Below the pieces are notes generated by a model that was not told the DNA's origin, did not search any database, and saw only the letters and a program-made list of their open reading frames with translations. The position numbers were made by a program, and so were the translations under genes. From an uncultured Staphylococcaceae bacterium (GTDB lineage Bacteria > Bacillota_I > Bacilli_A > RFN20 > CAG-826), in NCBI GenBank assembly GCA_964546565.1, contig CAZJKC010000001.1, forward strand, positions 16,997 to 80,996: DNA of 64,000 bases. Reading direction: 5' to 3'. Shown in pieces: positions 19,410 through 28,871 of the stretch (positions are counted from its first letter, which is position 1; every line of letters begins with the position of its first letter).

Positions 19410-19894
19410 TCGTTTTCTTCTTTTTTTACTAAAAGCACTATTGCGGTAGCCTCAATTGCTTCATTTCTTCCTAAAGCATCTTGACCTTCATTAGTGCCCG
19501 CTTTTACTGATACATTATCAACACTTGTGTGTAATAAAAGAGCGATATTTTCACGCATTTGTTGAATATATGCAGCAAGTTTTGGTCTTTCGGCAACAAT
19601 TGAAATATCAATATTATTAATCATATATCCCTTTTGGTTCATCAATATAAATGCTTCTTCCATAAAAAAATGGGAAGGGCAATTATGATATCGTTCATCG
19701 GTGTTTGGAAAATGTTGCCCTAAATCACCTAAAGATAGAGCTCCAAAAATTGCTTCCGTTGCGGCATGATACACTACATCAGCATCACTATGACCATCAA
19801 GTCCCAAAGCATAAGGAATAGTAACACCACCCAATATTAAAGAACGATTTTTCACAAGACGATGAATATCTTTTGCAAATCCTATTCGATACAT
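19406..19894 (-). CDS. ispF: 2-C-methyl-D-erythritol 2,4-cyclodiphosphate synthase
   Basis: MRIGFAKDIHRL... and the GHSDADVVYHA motif. Confidence 0.9.
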   Translation of the reverse strand: MYRIGFAKDIHRLVKNRSLILGGVTIPYALGLDGHSDADVVYHAATEAIFGALSLGDLGQHFPNTDERYHNCPSHFFMEEAFILMNQKGYMINNIDISIVAERPKLAAYIQQMRENIALLLHTSVDNVSVKAGTNEGQDALGRNEAIEATAIVLLVKKEEND

Positions 19895-19903
19895 AATTAA
19901 CTC

Positions 19904-21010
19904 CTAAACATTAAAACGGAAATGCATTATATCACCATCTTGGGCGACATAATCTTTTCCTTCAATTCTTAATTTGCCCGCTTCACGAACCGCTTGTTCA
20001 GTTTGATATTGCATAATATCATCATAATGATAAACTTCCGCCTTAATAAAGCCCCGTTCAAAATCACTATGAATAACACCCGCACATTGAGGGGCTAACA
20101 TTCCTTTTTTGAAAGTCCATGCCCGACATTCATCTTCACCAACCGTAAAGAAAGTCGATAAATCGAGCAATGAATAAGCACTTTGAATAACTAAATCTAA
20201 TCCTGATTTGGTAACCCCAATAGCCTCTAAATATTCTAATTTTTCTTCTTTTGATAAAGACGATAATTGATATTCCGTTTCACAAGAAACAGGAATGGCA
20301 ATAGCATGCTCTTGTTTTGCAATATCTTGAACAACCTTAAAATAAGAACAGTTCATAGGATTAGCCAAATCATCTTCCGTAATATTTGCCACATAAATTA
20401 CATCTTTCATTGTTAATAAAAAGAAATTCTGACGAACATATTGTGCATCTTCTTTAGCAAAATCAACAGAACGAGCTGGCAAGCCTTTTTCTAATGCTTC
20501 TTTAATCGGTTTTAATAAAGACACTTCATAACTAGCTTCCTTATCCTTTGTAACGCGTGCTTTATTCTCAACCTTTCCTAATCTTTTATTAACCGATTCT
20601 AAATCAGCTAAAACTAATTCTAAATTAATAATTTCAATATCACGTTTTGGATCAATAGAATTCTCAACATGAATTATTTCATTGTTTTCGAAACAACGAA
20701 CAACATGAACAATCGCATCACATTCACGAATATTAGCTAAGAATTGGTTACCTAATCCTTCACCTTGACTCGCTCCTTTGACTAAACCGGCGATATCATA
20801 AAACTCAAATGTCGTATAGATGGTTTTCCGTGGATGAAATAAACTTGACAATTTATCTAATCGTTGATCAGGAACCGCTACAACACCTGTATTAGGTTTA
20901 ATTGTCGCAAATGGATAATTTGCAGCCTCAACATGTGAATTTGTAATTGCATTAAACAAAGTCGATTTACCAACATTAGGTAAACCAACAATACCAGCTT
21001 TATAAGACAT
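19904..21010 (-). CDS. ychF: redox-regulated ribosome-binding ATPase YchF
   Basis: Obg-family G1 motif (GIVGLPNVGKSTLFNAIT) and C-terminal TGS domain. Confidence 0.9.
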   Translation of the reverse strand: MSYKAGIVGLPNVGKSTLFNAITNSHVEAANYPFATIKPNTGVVAVPDQRLDKLSSLFHPRKTIYTTFEFYDIAGLVKGASQGEGLGNQFLANIRECDAIVHVVRCFENNEIIHVENSIDPKRDIEIINLELVLADLESVNKRLGKVENKARVTKDKEASYEVSLLKPIKEALEKGLPARSVDFAKEDAQYVRQNFFLLTMKDVIYVANITEDDLANPMNCSYFKVVQDIAKQEHAIAIPVSCETEYQLSSLSKEEKLEYLEAIGVTKSGLDLVIQSAYSLLDLSTFFTVGEDECRAWTFKKGMLAPQCAGVIHSDFERGFIKAEVYHYDDIMQYQTEQAVREAGKLRIEGKDYVAQDGDIMHFRFNV

Positions 21011-21127
21011 AAAGACACTCCCTTTTTCGAAAATAAGTATAACTTAATTTATCTAAAAAAACTATACTAGTCAAACATGAAAACATTAAAATATTATCTA
21101 ATATTGAAATTCTTAATTACATACAAA

Positions 21128-21150
21128 TAAAAAAAGTCGCAATGCGACTT
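21128..21150 (-). terminator. rho-independent terminator downstream of cspA
   Basis: AAGTCGCA/TGCGACTT hairpin. On the minus strand it is followed by T7. Confidence 0.75.
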
Positions 21151-21172
21151 CTTAAACACTAATCAGTTAATA

Positions 21173-21370
21173 TTATAACTTATGAATGTTTGTAGCACGT
21201 GGACCACGTTCGGATTCTTCAACATCGAATTCGACTTCTTCGCCTGCTTCTGCAGTCTTGTAGGAGTCCATGACTAAGGATGTGTAATGGAAAAAGACAT
21301 CTTTGCCTTCTTCAGTGCGAATGAATCCATAGCCTTTTTCCGCATTAAACATTTTGACTTTGCCCTTCAT
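21173..21370 (-). CDS. cspA: cold-shock protein (CspA family)
   Basis: RNP1-like motif (KGYGFI). 65 aa. Preceded by a ~140-nt 5' UTR as is usual for csp genes. Confidence 0.9.
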   Translation of the reverse strand: MKGKVKMFNAEKGYGFIRTEEGKDVFFHYTSLVMDSYKTAEAGEEVEFDVEESERGPRATNIHKL

Positions 21371-21510
21371 CTTTACCTAAAAACCTTTCTCAAATTATAG
21401 AGTTACCTCTTCTACTTGTATATATATAATACCACTAGTAAAAACAAATTTCTATAAAAAAATAACGATTTTCACTTAAAAAAAGCCGTTTTTCCACTTA
21501 AAAAACAACA

Positions 21511-24135
21511 CTACTCCGTTTTTTTTGCTTTCCTTTTTGAAAATATAAAAGAAATAGGAAAAGTAAAAAAATAAATAATAATCATAAATCCAATAGAATA
21601 AATTATGGTTTGAGCGTTATAAGATAAAGCAAAAGGCATCATCGAAGATAATAAATCTTGTTTACTTACCAATAAGAATATTAAATAATATCCAAATGAT
21701 AATAGAAAGGCTTTTATAAATAATAGGAAATGTATGATGGAAGAAACTTTAAAAGGACTATTATCTCCTATACCTAAATTAACCATCAATTCCGTATCTT
21801 TCTTTATTTCTAGCATATATAACTGATGAGTTATTTTCATCAGCTGTGATGTAAAAATAATCATCCACATTAATAACACCGCTAAAACAATTTCAATAGA
21901 AGCCATTGATTTATTTATTTGATAATTAAAATCATTAATGGAAGAAGAAAAAGTATATTCGTCATAAACTTTTTGACATTCTTTCATAATCGTATCAATC
22001 TCTTTTTGATTATCGACAAAGAAAGTAACATTCCGCGGTCGTAACTTAGAAGAAGTAATATGTTCTGTTCTTTTGAAAAGATCATTTAACCAATTATTAT
22101 CAACATAAATGTTTTTAATCGATGCCTCGACGATATAATCAACTTGACTTTCAACAACTACCTTTTCATTTTCATTTGAAATATATAAACAATATATCGT
22201 CTTTTTTTCCTCTAGTTGTAATTCTTCTGCCAATAAAGATGAAATACCAAATAAGCCTTGACAATCTTTTTTTGACGATATTTGAAAGGTACTTTCAGTT
22301 GGTTCTAAAATAGAATTAAAAGTTACATGATTATCTTTTTTTGTTCCATCTAGGTTATTTTCTAATTCTTCTTTATTATTAAAGAGATATAAATAACCAG
22401 GCATCCCTTGAACAATCGATTCATTAATAATTTGATACCCATAATCGGAGCCATAAATAACACCGGTAATATGCTTTTCTTTATTCAATATTTGTTGAAT
22501 AACACTTTTTTTGATATAACGTGAATTATTATAACTCAAGCTGTATTTCAAAAAAGAAGAACCATCATTTTTAACTTCATCAACAAGACATGTATGATAA
22601 ATAGGATGCGAAAATAAGAGATTATCTAAATTTTCTTTAGTTAAAGCTAGATATTGTTTGTTTAAAGTCCATGGTAATTCATTTTCTTCATACCAAGATA
22701 AATTGCTGAGCAATTTCATCCGCGTTTCCAAAACATATTCATTAAAAAAATTATTGGTATGATAAATACATGGTAATTCACTTTCAACAATTCCAAAAAA
22801 ATGAAATATTTCTTCATTTTCATAATCCCAATCAATATTTTTTGCATAAAAAACAAGACTAGTATAATGTTCTTTTAAATACTGCCCAATTTTTTCATAT
22901 GTCGGAGTTATTATTCCTAAATAATATCCAATACGTTCCATTAAAAAGGAAGGAACACCAATAATTAACTCATCATTTTCTAAATTATTAGTAAAAGGAT
23001 AGCACGGATTATTTCTTTCTTTTAAAAGTTTGAAATTATTTATTTCCTGCCATCTAATCCCCGCAATCGTTGGCATATTATCAACTAGTAAACGACATTC
23101 GTTACGATCAGGAAAGAAAGAAGACAAATCATTATTATAATAAGTAACAATATCTTCAATATCAGCAATATTTTTTTTTAACCTTGTCGCATATTCCAAA
23201 CTTACGCTATAACGATTGTCATCAAGATTCTCGGGAATATACATCTGAAATTGACTGTTATTTGTTAAAGTCTTAAAACTATTTATTAATTGCTCTTTCA
23301 TACTTTCAATAACGGTCACACTTATGAAACCAAATAACATATTCATTGATAAAAAAAAGATGGAAAAACTGGTTCTTTTCTTTTTAAATTTTAATTTATT
23401 TTGTGCGTATGAAAATAAAAATTGTAGCGGATTTTTTCTTTGATGATTTTTATTAAGACGCGTATGGGATACGATATTTGTTTCATTTTTATAACTAAGA
23501 ATTACTTTACCTTCTTTTATTTCATAATGATAATCAGCATACTGATTAATAAATCGAGTATCATGAGTAACAACGATGACCAAGCTTTTGCATGATATTT
23601 CCTTAAGAAGTTCGATAATATGTTGCGCATTCTCATCATCTAAAGCCGAGGTTGGTTCATCAAGAAGAATAATAGATGGATCAAAAATTAAACTACGAGC
23701 TATATTGACCCGCTGTTTTTCTCCGCCTGATAAAACCGCTACTAAGGTATGGGGATCTTTTCGCAAATGCACTTTATTTAAAAGACTCATATTATCTATC
23801 GATTTAGAAGAACAACATTGCTGTAGCATTGCAAAATTCTCTGCAATCGACAAATCATCAAAAAGCTTATTTTCTTGATATACCATATGACAGTCAAACA
23901 AACGATAATTTTCTTGCTCTTTAACACTCATTTTTTTAAGTGATTTATTATTAAAATAGATATCACCTTGATTAGGAATTAAAGTTCCGCGAATCAAAGA
24001 TAAGATCGTCGTTTTCCCCGTTCCAGAGGCACCAGTTAAAAAGATTAAGCCAGTATCACCTAAAGTCATATTGACGTGCGAAATGAGTGGATGTCCTGAT
24101 TGATATTGAAATGAAACATTATGTATTTTTAACAC
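21511..24135 (-). CDS. ABC transporter, fused ATP-binding domain + FtsX-type permease with ~500-aa extracytoplasmic domain
   Basis: Walker A GASGTGKTT, signature LSGGEKQRVNIARSL, Walker B LLDEPTSALD. C-terminal multi-TM region. Confidence 0.8.
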   Translation of the reverse strand: MLKIHNVSFQYQSGHPLISHVNMTLGDTGLIFLTGASGTGKTTILSLIRGTLIPNQGDIYFNNKSLKKMSVKEQENYRLFDCHMVYQENKLFDDLSIAENFAMLQQCCSSKSIDNMSLLNKVHLRKDPHTLVAVLSGGEKQRVNIARSLIFDPSIILLDEPTSALDDENAQHIIELLKEISCKSLVIVVTHDTRFINQYADYHYEIKEGKVILSYKNETNIVSHTRLNKNHQRKNPLQFLFSYAQNKLKFKKKRTSFSIFFLSMNMLFGFISVTVIESMKEQLINSFKTLTNNSQFQMYIPENLDDNRYSVSLEYATRLKKNIADIEDIVTYYNNDLSSFFPDRNECRLLVDNMPTIAGIRWQEINNFKLLKERNNPCYPFTNNLENDELIIGVPSFLMERIGYYLGIITPTYEKIGQYLKEHYTSLVFYAKNIDWDYENEEIFHFFGIVESELPCIYHTNNFFNEYVLETRMKLLSNLSWYEENELPWTLNKQYLALTKENLDNLLFSHPIYHTCLVDEVKNDGSSFLKYSLSYNNSRYIKKSVIQQILNKEKHITGVIYGSDYGYQIINESIVQGMPGYLYLFNNKEELENNLDGTKKDNHVTFNSILEPTESTFQISSKKDCQGLFGISSLLAEELQLEEKKTIYCLYISNENEKVVVESQVDYIVEASIKNIYVDNNWLNDLFKRTEHITSSKLRPRNVTFFVDNQKEIDTIMKECQKVYDEYTFSSSINDFNYQINKSMASIEIVLAVLLMWMIIFTSQLMKITHQLYMLEIKKDTELMVNLGIGDNSPFKVSSIIHFLLFIKAFLLSFGYYLIFLLVSKQDLLSSMMPFALSYNAQTIIYSIGFMIIIYFFTFPISFIFSKRKAKKTE

Positions 24136-24139
24136 TTTA

Positions 24140-25480
24140 TCACATCTCCTTTATTAAATAATCAATTTCTTTCTTTTGGAAACGATTTATTATTATTTTA
24201 GTCACTACAAATATCAAAAGACTGGTAAATAATCCTAAGAGAATTTCACCGCTAATACGCATATTAATATTTAAAAAAGCTAAACCCATTTTATTTTTCA
24301 TAATAATATTAAGAATGAATCCTATCACTATCGAAATTATTTTTGCACAAACGATAGCTATCAAATTAACAGCCAAATTGCAAATAACATAAATATAACC
24401 TATACTTTTTGATTCACTACCAAGAGCATATAATATTCCTAAATCATTTTCGTCTTGTAATAAATAAATAGATGTCAAATAGCTTATTTCTGCTATCATT
24501 ACAACCAACGTAAATGTTACTAGTAATTCTAAAATCCATGTAATTATTACTTCAATACTAGTAAATAAGGATTCATATTCAACGATACTCGATTCTAAGA
24601 TATATTCACTATTTGCTAAATTATTAAATAAATCTATTAGTCTTTTAATATCTTTTTGATTATCGACAAAAAGCCATAAGCCATAACTACGATAAGCTGA
24701 ATCAAGTGGACTATCTAAAATATATTGATACCATGAGATAACCTCACCACATGCTAAAGAATAATGATATAAATAATGATCTTTTAAATACCCTATCAAA
24801 TAATCATATGATAAATAAATAATCGGACTTGCTTGCCACGAAAATTCTTTAATAACGCCGATAATATGATGGGTATTCTGATACGAAAAAGTATCTTTAA
24901 TATTATGATTATTGTTAAAATTATACACCGTTAACTCATTAGAAATACGGACATTATAAGACATTGTTTTTGGTTCTTGAATATTAAGCTTTTCAAGCAT
25001 TGCTTCATTTATTATAAGTCCGTTTTGATCGCTATAAGACCATGATTGCCCTTCTATAAATAATTTTTCATCAATTTTTTTGACAATTTTAATGTTAGCG
25101 ATAAATGCTTTTTCTTCATATTCAACCGTCATTTGACTTGGAAAAAAATAGGAAATATTAACTCCAACTTCTAATGAAGAAATATCTTTTTTTAAAATCT
25201 CGGCTTCATAAATGGTGGGTGAAATAGTCTTTACAATATTCATTGTAGAATTATCACTGGTAGTTAAACACTTTGAAAAAGAAAAAGTATAGGCATCTCC
25301 TTGATGATATATTTCTTCTTTAATTTTTTCTTGTACCCCTTTTTGAGCCATCGCTAAAAGAAAAATAGATGTATAAGCAAAGCAAAGTGATAATAGTCCC
25401 ATTCGTAATCTTTTACTTTTCTTTTGGAATAACCTTTTAACGTAAAAGAGAATCCAATTATTTTTCATACAATTCACCAT
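24140..25480 (-). CDS. FtsX-family ABC permease with large extracellular domain
   Basis: N-terminal TM, ~250-aa extracellular region, C-terminal 3-4 TM bundle. Overlaps the upstream ATPase gene by 23 nt. Confidence 0.7.
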   Translation of the reverse strand: MVNCMKNNWILFYVKRLFQKKSKRLRMGLLSLCFAYTSIFLLAMAQKGVQEKIKEEIYHQGDAYTFSFSKCLTTSDNSTMNIVKTISPTIYEAEILKKDISSLEVGVNISYFFPSQMTVEYEEKAFIANIKIVKKIDEKLFIEGQSWSYSDQNGLIINEAMLEKLNIQEPKTMSYNVRISNELTVYNFNNNHNIKDTFSYQNTHHIIGVIKEFSWQASPIIYLSYDYLIGYLKDHYLYHYSLACGEVISWYQYILDSPLDSAYRSYGLWLFVDNQKDIKRLIDLFNNLANSEYILESSIVEYESLFTSIEVIITWILELLVTFTLVVMIAEISYLTSIYLLQDENDLGILYALGSESKSIGYIYVICNLAVNLIAIVCAKIISIVIGFILNIIMKNKMGLAFLNINMRISGEILLGLFTSLLIFVVTKIIINRFQKKEIDYLIKEM

Positions 25481-26129
25481 CTTTTAAGACATAAACATAA
25501 TCCGCATATTCTTGTGCCACAACAGGATTATGGGTAACAACAATAACTAACTTCGTTTGAGAAAGAGTTTTTAATTCTTTTAATAAAAGATGAGCGTTTT
25601 CTTCATCAAGCGCTCCTGTAGGTTCATCACATAAATAAAAAGTCGGCTCATTAATAAGTGAACGCAAAAAAGATACTCTTTGTTTTTCTCCACCCGATAA
25701 TTCATTGATAAAGGAATTCATTTTTGACTCAAGATTAATACATTTAAATAATTTATAAGCCTTTAAAGAAGCAACTTTTAATGATTCACCACTAATTAAA
25801 CATGGTAATATGACATTTTCTAAGGAATTTAAATTATCGATCAATTGATAATCTTGAAATAAAAGACCTACTTGTTGATTACGGAAGCAAGATCTTTGGC
25901 GTGAATCAGACGATAAAATATTATTTTGATAGTAATATTTCCCAGATGTCGGTTCAATAATTTGGGCAATTATTTTAATAAGTGTCGATTTCCCCGCTCC
26001 CGATTGACCTTCAATGACATAGAAGCCTTTATCCTGAAAGGAAATATTGATATTAGAGAGTACTATTTGTTTGTGTTTAAACGGATTTTCAAATTCCTTT
26101 TTAATTCTTGATAATCTAATTAATTCCAT
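25458..26129 (-). CDS. ABC transporter ATP-binding protein
   Basis: Walker A GQSGAGKST, signature LSGGEKQRVSFLRSL, Walker B LCDEPTGALD. Confidence 0.85.
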   Translation of the reverse strand: MELIRLSRIKKEFENPFKHKQIVLSNINISFQDKGFYVIEGQSGAGKSTLIKIIAQIIEPTSGKYYYQNNILSSDSRQRSCFRNQQVGLLFQDYQLIDNLNSLENVILPCLISGESLKVASLKAYKLFKCINLESKMNSFINELSGGEKQRVSFLRSLINEPTFYLCDEPTGALDEENAHLLLKELKTLSQTKLVIVVTHNPVVAQEYADYVYVLKDGELYEK

Positions 26130-26177
26130 AAAAAAACTCCCTAATATTAATTAGAGAGTCATAAAAATATTCCTTAA

Positions 26178-26369
26178 TTATTGACGTGAAATAATCTTTT
26201 TAACCTTTTGATTGAATGAATAGCGATCCATCATAATAAGAGCTCCACAGGCACAACATTTAATCTTAATATCAGCTCCAACACGAACTATTTCAAATTG
26301 TTTTGATCTTTGTTGGCAAGGATGGGCCTTTTTCATTTCTACAATATCATGAAGTTGATAATTATCCAT
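26178..26369 (-). CDS. small conserved Cys-containing protein (DUF951-like)
   Basis: 63-aa ORF with a CxxC ... CC pattern directly downstream of fhs. Family assignment from memory. Confidence 0.45.
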   Translation of the reverse strand: MDNYQLHDIVEMKKAHPCQQRSKQFEIVRVGADIKIKCCACGALIMMDRYSFNQKVKKIISRQ

Positions 26370-26373
26370 TATT

Positions 26374-27978
26374 TTACTCGTCCTCCATTTTAATGGCCGC
26401 AGGTACTTTAGGTAATCCCGGCATTGTTAAAATAGTTCCGGTAAGAGGAATAATAAAGCCAGCTCCTGCTGATAAACGTACTTCACGAACAGTGATAGAA
26501 AAGTTTCGCGGGGCCCCTAATACTTTCGGATCATCACTAAATGATTGGGGTGTTTTCGCCATACAAATCGGTAAATTGCCATAACCTAAAGCCGTATATT
26601 GTGCAATTTGTTTTTTCGCAATATCGGTATAAATAACATTCTCGGCATGATATATTTTTTGAGCAATAGCGGCTATTTTGTCTTCAATGGATGATTCTAA
26701 TTTATATAACGGATGATAATCAGAAGTATTTTCTTTTAAAGTTTTAACGACGAGATTTGCTAAATCTTTTGAGCCCTCTCCACCCTTTAGAAATCCATCT
26801 AAAAAGGCTACTTCATAACCTAAATCGTGACACCATTTAGTTAAGGCTATAACTTCTGAATCATAATCAGAAGCAAAATGATTAATGGCAATAACCACTG
26901 GTAATCCATATTGTTTCATATTCTCGACATGCTGTTGAAGATTAACGCATCCTTTTAATAAGCATTCAACATTTTCCTTTTGTAAATCTTCTAATAATTG
27001 TCCGCCATGCATTTTTAAGGCTCTAATAGTTGCAACCATAACCACTAAATCGGGATGCAATTTACCAATTCGACATTTAATATCTAAAAACTTTTCCGCT
27101 CCTAAATCAGCACCAAAACCGGCTTCTGTCACCACAATAGGCGCTAATTTAAGGGCCATTTTTGTTGCGATTAAAGAATTGCATCCATGAGCAATATTCG
27201 CAAATGGGCCCCCATGAATAAGAGCCGGATTACCTTCTAATGTTTGTACTAAATTAGGTTTTAAAGCCTCTTTCATAAGTTTTAATATCGCTTTTGATAT
27301 ATGTAATTGTTCAACACGGACCGGCTTATCATCATAGGTATATGCCACAATAATATTTTTACTACGTCTTATAAAATCTTCTTCATTTTCACTCAAACAC
27401 AAAATGGCCATTAATTCGGATGCCACAGTAATCACAAAATGATCTTGACGAATTATTCCATTCTTTTCACCATGAGCTACTTCAATATCACGCAAAGCAC
27501 GATCATTCATATCCATCGCTCTTGTCCACACTACTTTATTGGGATCAATATTTAATTGATTACCTTGAAAAATGTGATTGTCTATAATCGCCGATATTAA
27601 ATTAATGGATGAAGTTAAAGCATGCATATCACCATTAAAATGAAGATTGATATCTTCACTTGGTACCACACAAACTTTACCTCCGCCAGTTGCTCCCCCT
27701 TTGATTCCAAAAACCGGTCCTAATGATGGTTCACGTAACACTAACATAGCCGGTTGATGAATTTTGGCAAGTCCATCCGCTAAAGCAATGGATGTGGTGG
27801 TTTTGCCTTCTCCCGCTTTCGTTGGCGTAATAGCGGTCACAAGAACCAATTTTCCATCTTCGTTATTTTTTAATTGCTCCATGATTTTTAAATCAATCTT
27901 GGCTTTATATTTTCCATAAGATTCAAGATATTCTTCATCTATTCCTGCTTTTTTGGCAATTAATTCGATTCTTTCCAT
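26374..27978 (-). CDS. fhs: formate--tetrahydrofolate ligase
   Basis: Full-length FTHFS. The TPTKAGEGKTT P-loop region is recognisable. Confidence 0.95.
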   Translation of the reverse strand: MERIELIAKKAGIDEEYLESYGKYKAKIDLKIMEQLKNNEDGKLVLVTAITPTKAGEGKTTTSIALADGLAKIHQPAMLVLREPSLGPVFGIKGGATGGGKVCVVPSEDINLHFNGDMHALTSSINLISAIIDNHIFQGNQLNIDPNKVVWTRAMDMNDRALRDIEVAHGEKNGIIRQDHFVITVASELMAILCLSENEEDFIRRSKNIIVAYTYDDKPVRVEQLHISKAILKLMKEALKPNLVQTLEGNPALIHGGPFANIAHGCNSLIATKMALKLAPIVVTEAGFGADLGAEKFLDIKCRIGKLHPDLVVMVATIRALKMHGGQLLEDLQKENVECLLKGCVNLQQHVENMKQYGLPVVIAINHFASDYDSEVIALTKWCHDLGYEVAFLDGFLKGGEGSKDLANLVVKTLKENTSDYHPLYKLESSIEDKIAAIAQKIYHAENVIYTDIAKKQIAQYTALGYGNLPICMAKTPQSFSDDPKVLGAPRNFSITVREVRLSAGAGFIIPLTGTILTMPGLPKVPAAIKMEDE

Positions 27979-28871
27979 ACTGTTTTTCTCCTATTCAATA
28001 ATATTTTTGAAACATAATTATAAGCGTTGTCTATTTCAGTAAACCAATTAACTGGTAATTGATTAGCAAAATACGTCATTTGTCTTTTAGCGTAATTGCG
28101 CGAATGCTGTTGAATGAGTTTTACCACATCTTCATACGAAAGCTGATGCGTAAAATATTCTTTCCATTCTTTATAGCCGATAGCTTGAAACGCTTGGACA
28201 TCAAAACCATATTTTTCGTATAAATTCTTCACTTCTTCAAACAATCCTTGATCAAGCATTTCTTCAACGCGCTGATCAATTCTTTGATAAAGTTTTTCTC
28301 TTTCGATATTTATACCAATAAGCAACGTTTCATAAACCAATTCATGTTTTTGTTCAGCGTCTAGTTTACTTTTCTTTTGCCCAGTAGCTAAATAAAGGGC
28401 TAACGCTCTTAAAATTCTCTTACGATTATGAGGATGAATTTTTTGAGCTGATTCAGGGTCAACCTTTTGCAACTCGCTATATAACTCATCATCGCTCATT
28501 TTATCATATATCGATAAATCCGGCTCTTCATATTCTTTAAATTGATAATCATACAATAGAGCCTTTTGATAATTGCCAGAACCACCGACAATAATGGGTA
28601 AATGGTGCCGGCTTTCAATTTCCTTAATTACTTGTCGAGCATCTTTTTGATATTGATATGGTGAATAATTATCACGAGGGTCTAAAAAATCAAACAAATG
28701 ATGCGGGACTCTTTTAAAATCTTCTTTTGATGGTTTCGCCGTTCCAATATTAAAATCACGATATATTTGAAAAGCATCACCATTAATGATTTCTCCATTA
28801 AACTTCTCCGCTAATTTTAACGCTAACGCGCTTTTGCCGCTTCCCGTCGGTCCACAAATAACTAGTATCAT
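27960..28871 (-). CDS. miaA: tRNA dimethylallyltransferase
   Basis: P-loop ICGPTGSGKS at the N-terminus. Length ~300 aa. Confidence 0.9.
   Translation of the reverse strand: MILVICGPTGSGKSALALKLAEKFNGEIINGDAFQIYRDFNIGTAKPSKEDFKRVPHHLFDFLDPRDNYSPYQYQKDARQVIKEIESRHHLPIIVGGSGNYQKALLYDYQFKEYEEPDLSIYDKMSDDELYSELQKVDPESAQKIHPHNRKRILRALALYLATGQKKSKLDAEQKHELVYETLLIGINIEREKLYQRIDQRVEEMLDQGLFEEVKNLYEKYGFDVQAFQAIGYKEWKEYFTHQLSYEDVVKLIQQHSRNYAKRQMTYFANQLPVNWFTEIDNAYNYVSKILLNRRKTVWKESN

Noticed and set aside
21371-21510. Direct CACTTAAAAAA repeats in the cspA 5' UTR region
   Set aside because: Could be cold-box-like elements, but they are short A-rich repeats in a 30% GC genome and could not be distinguished from background.
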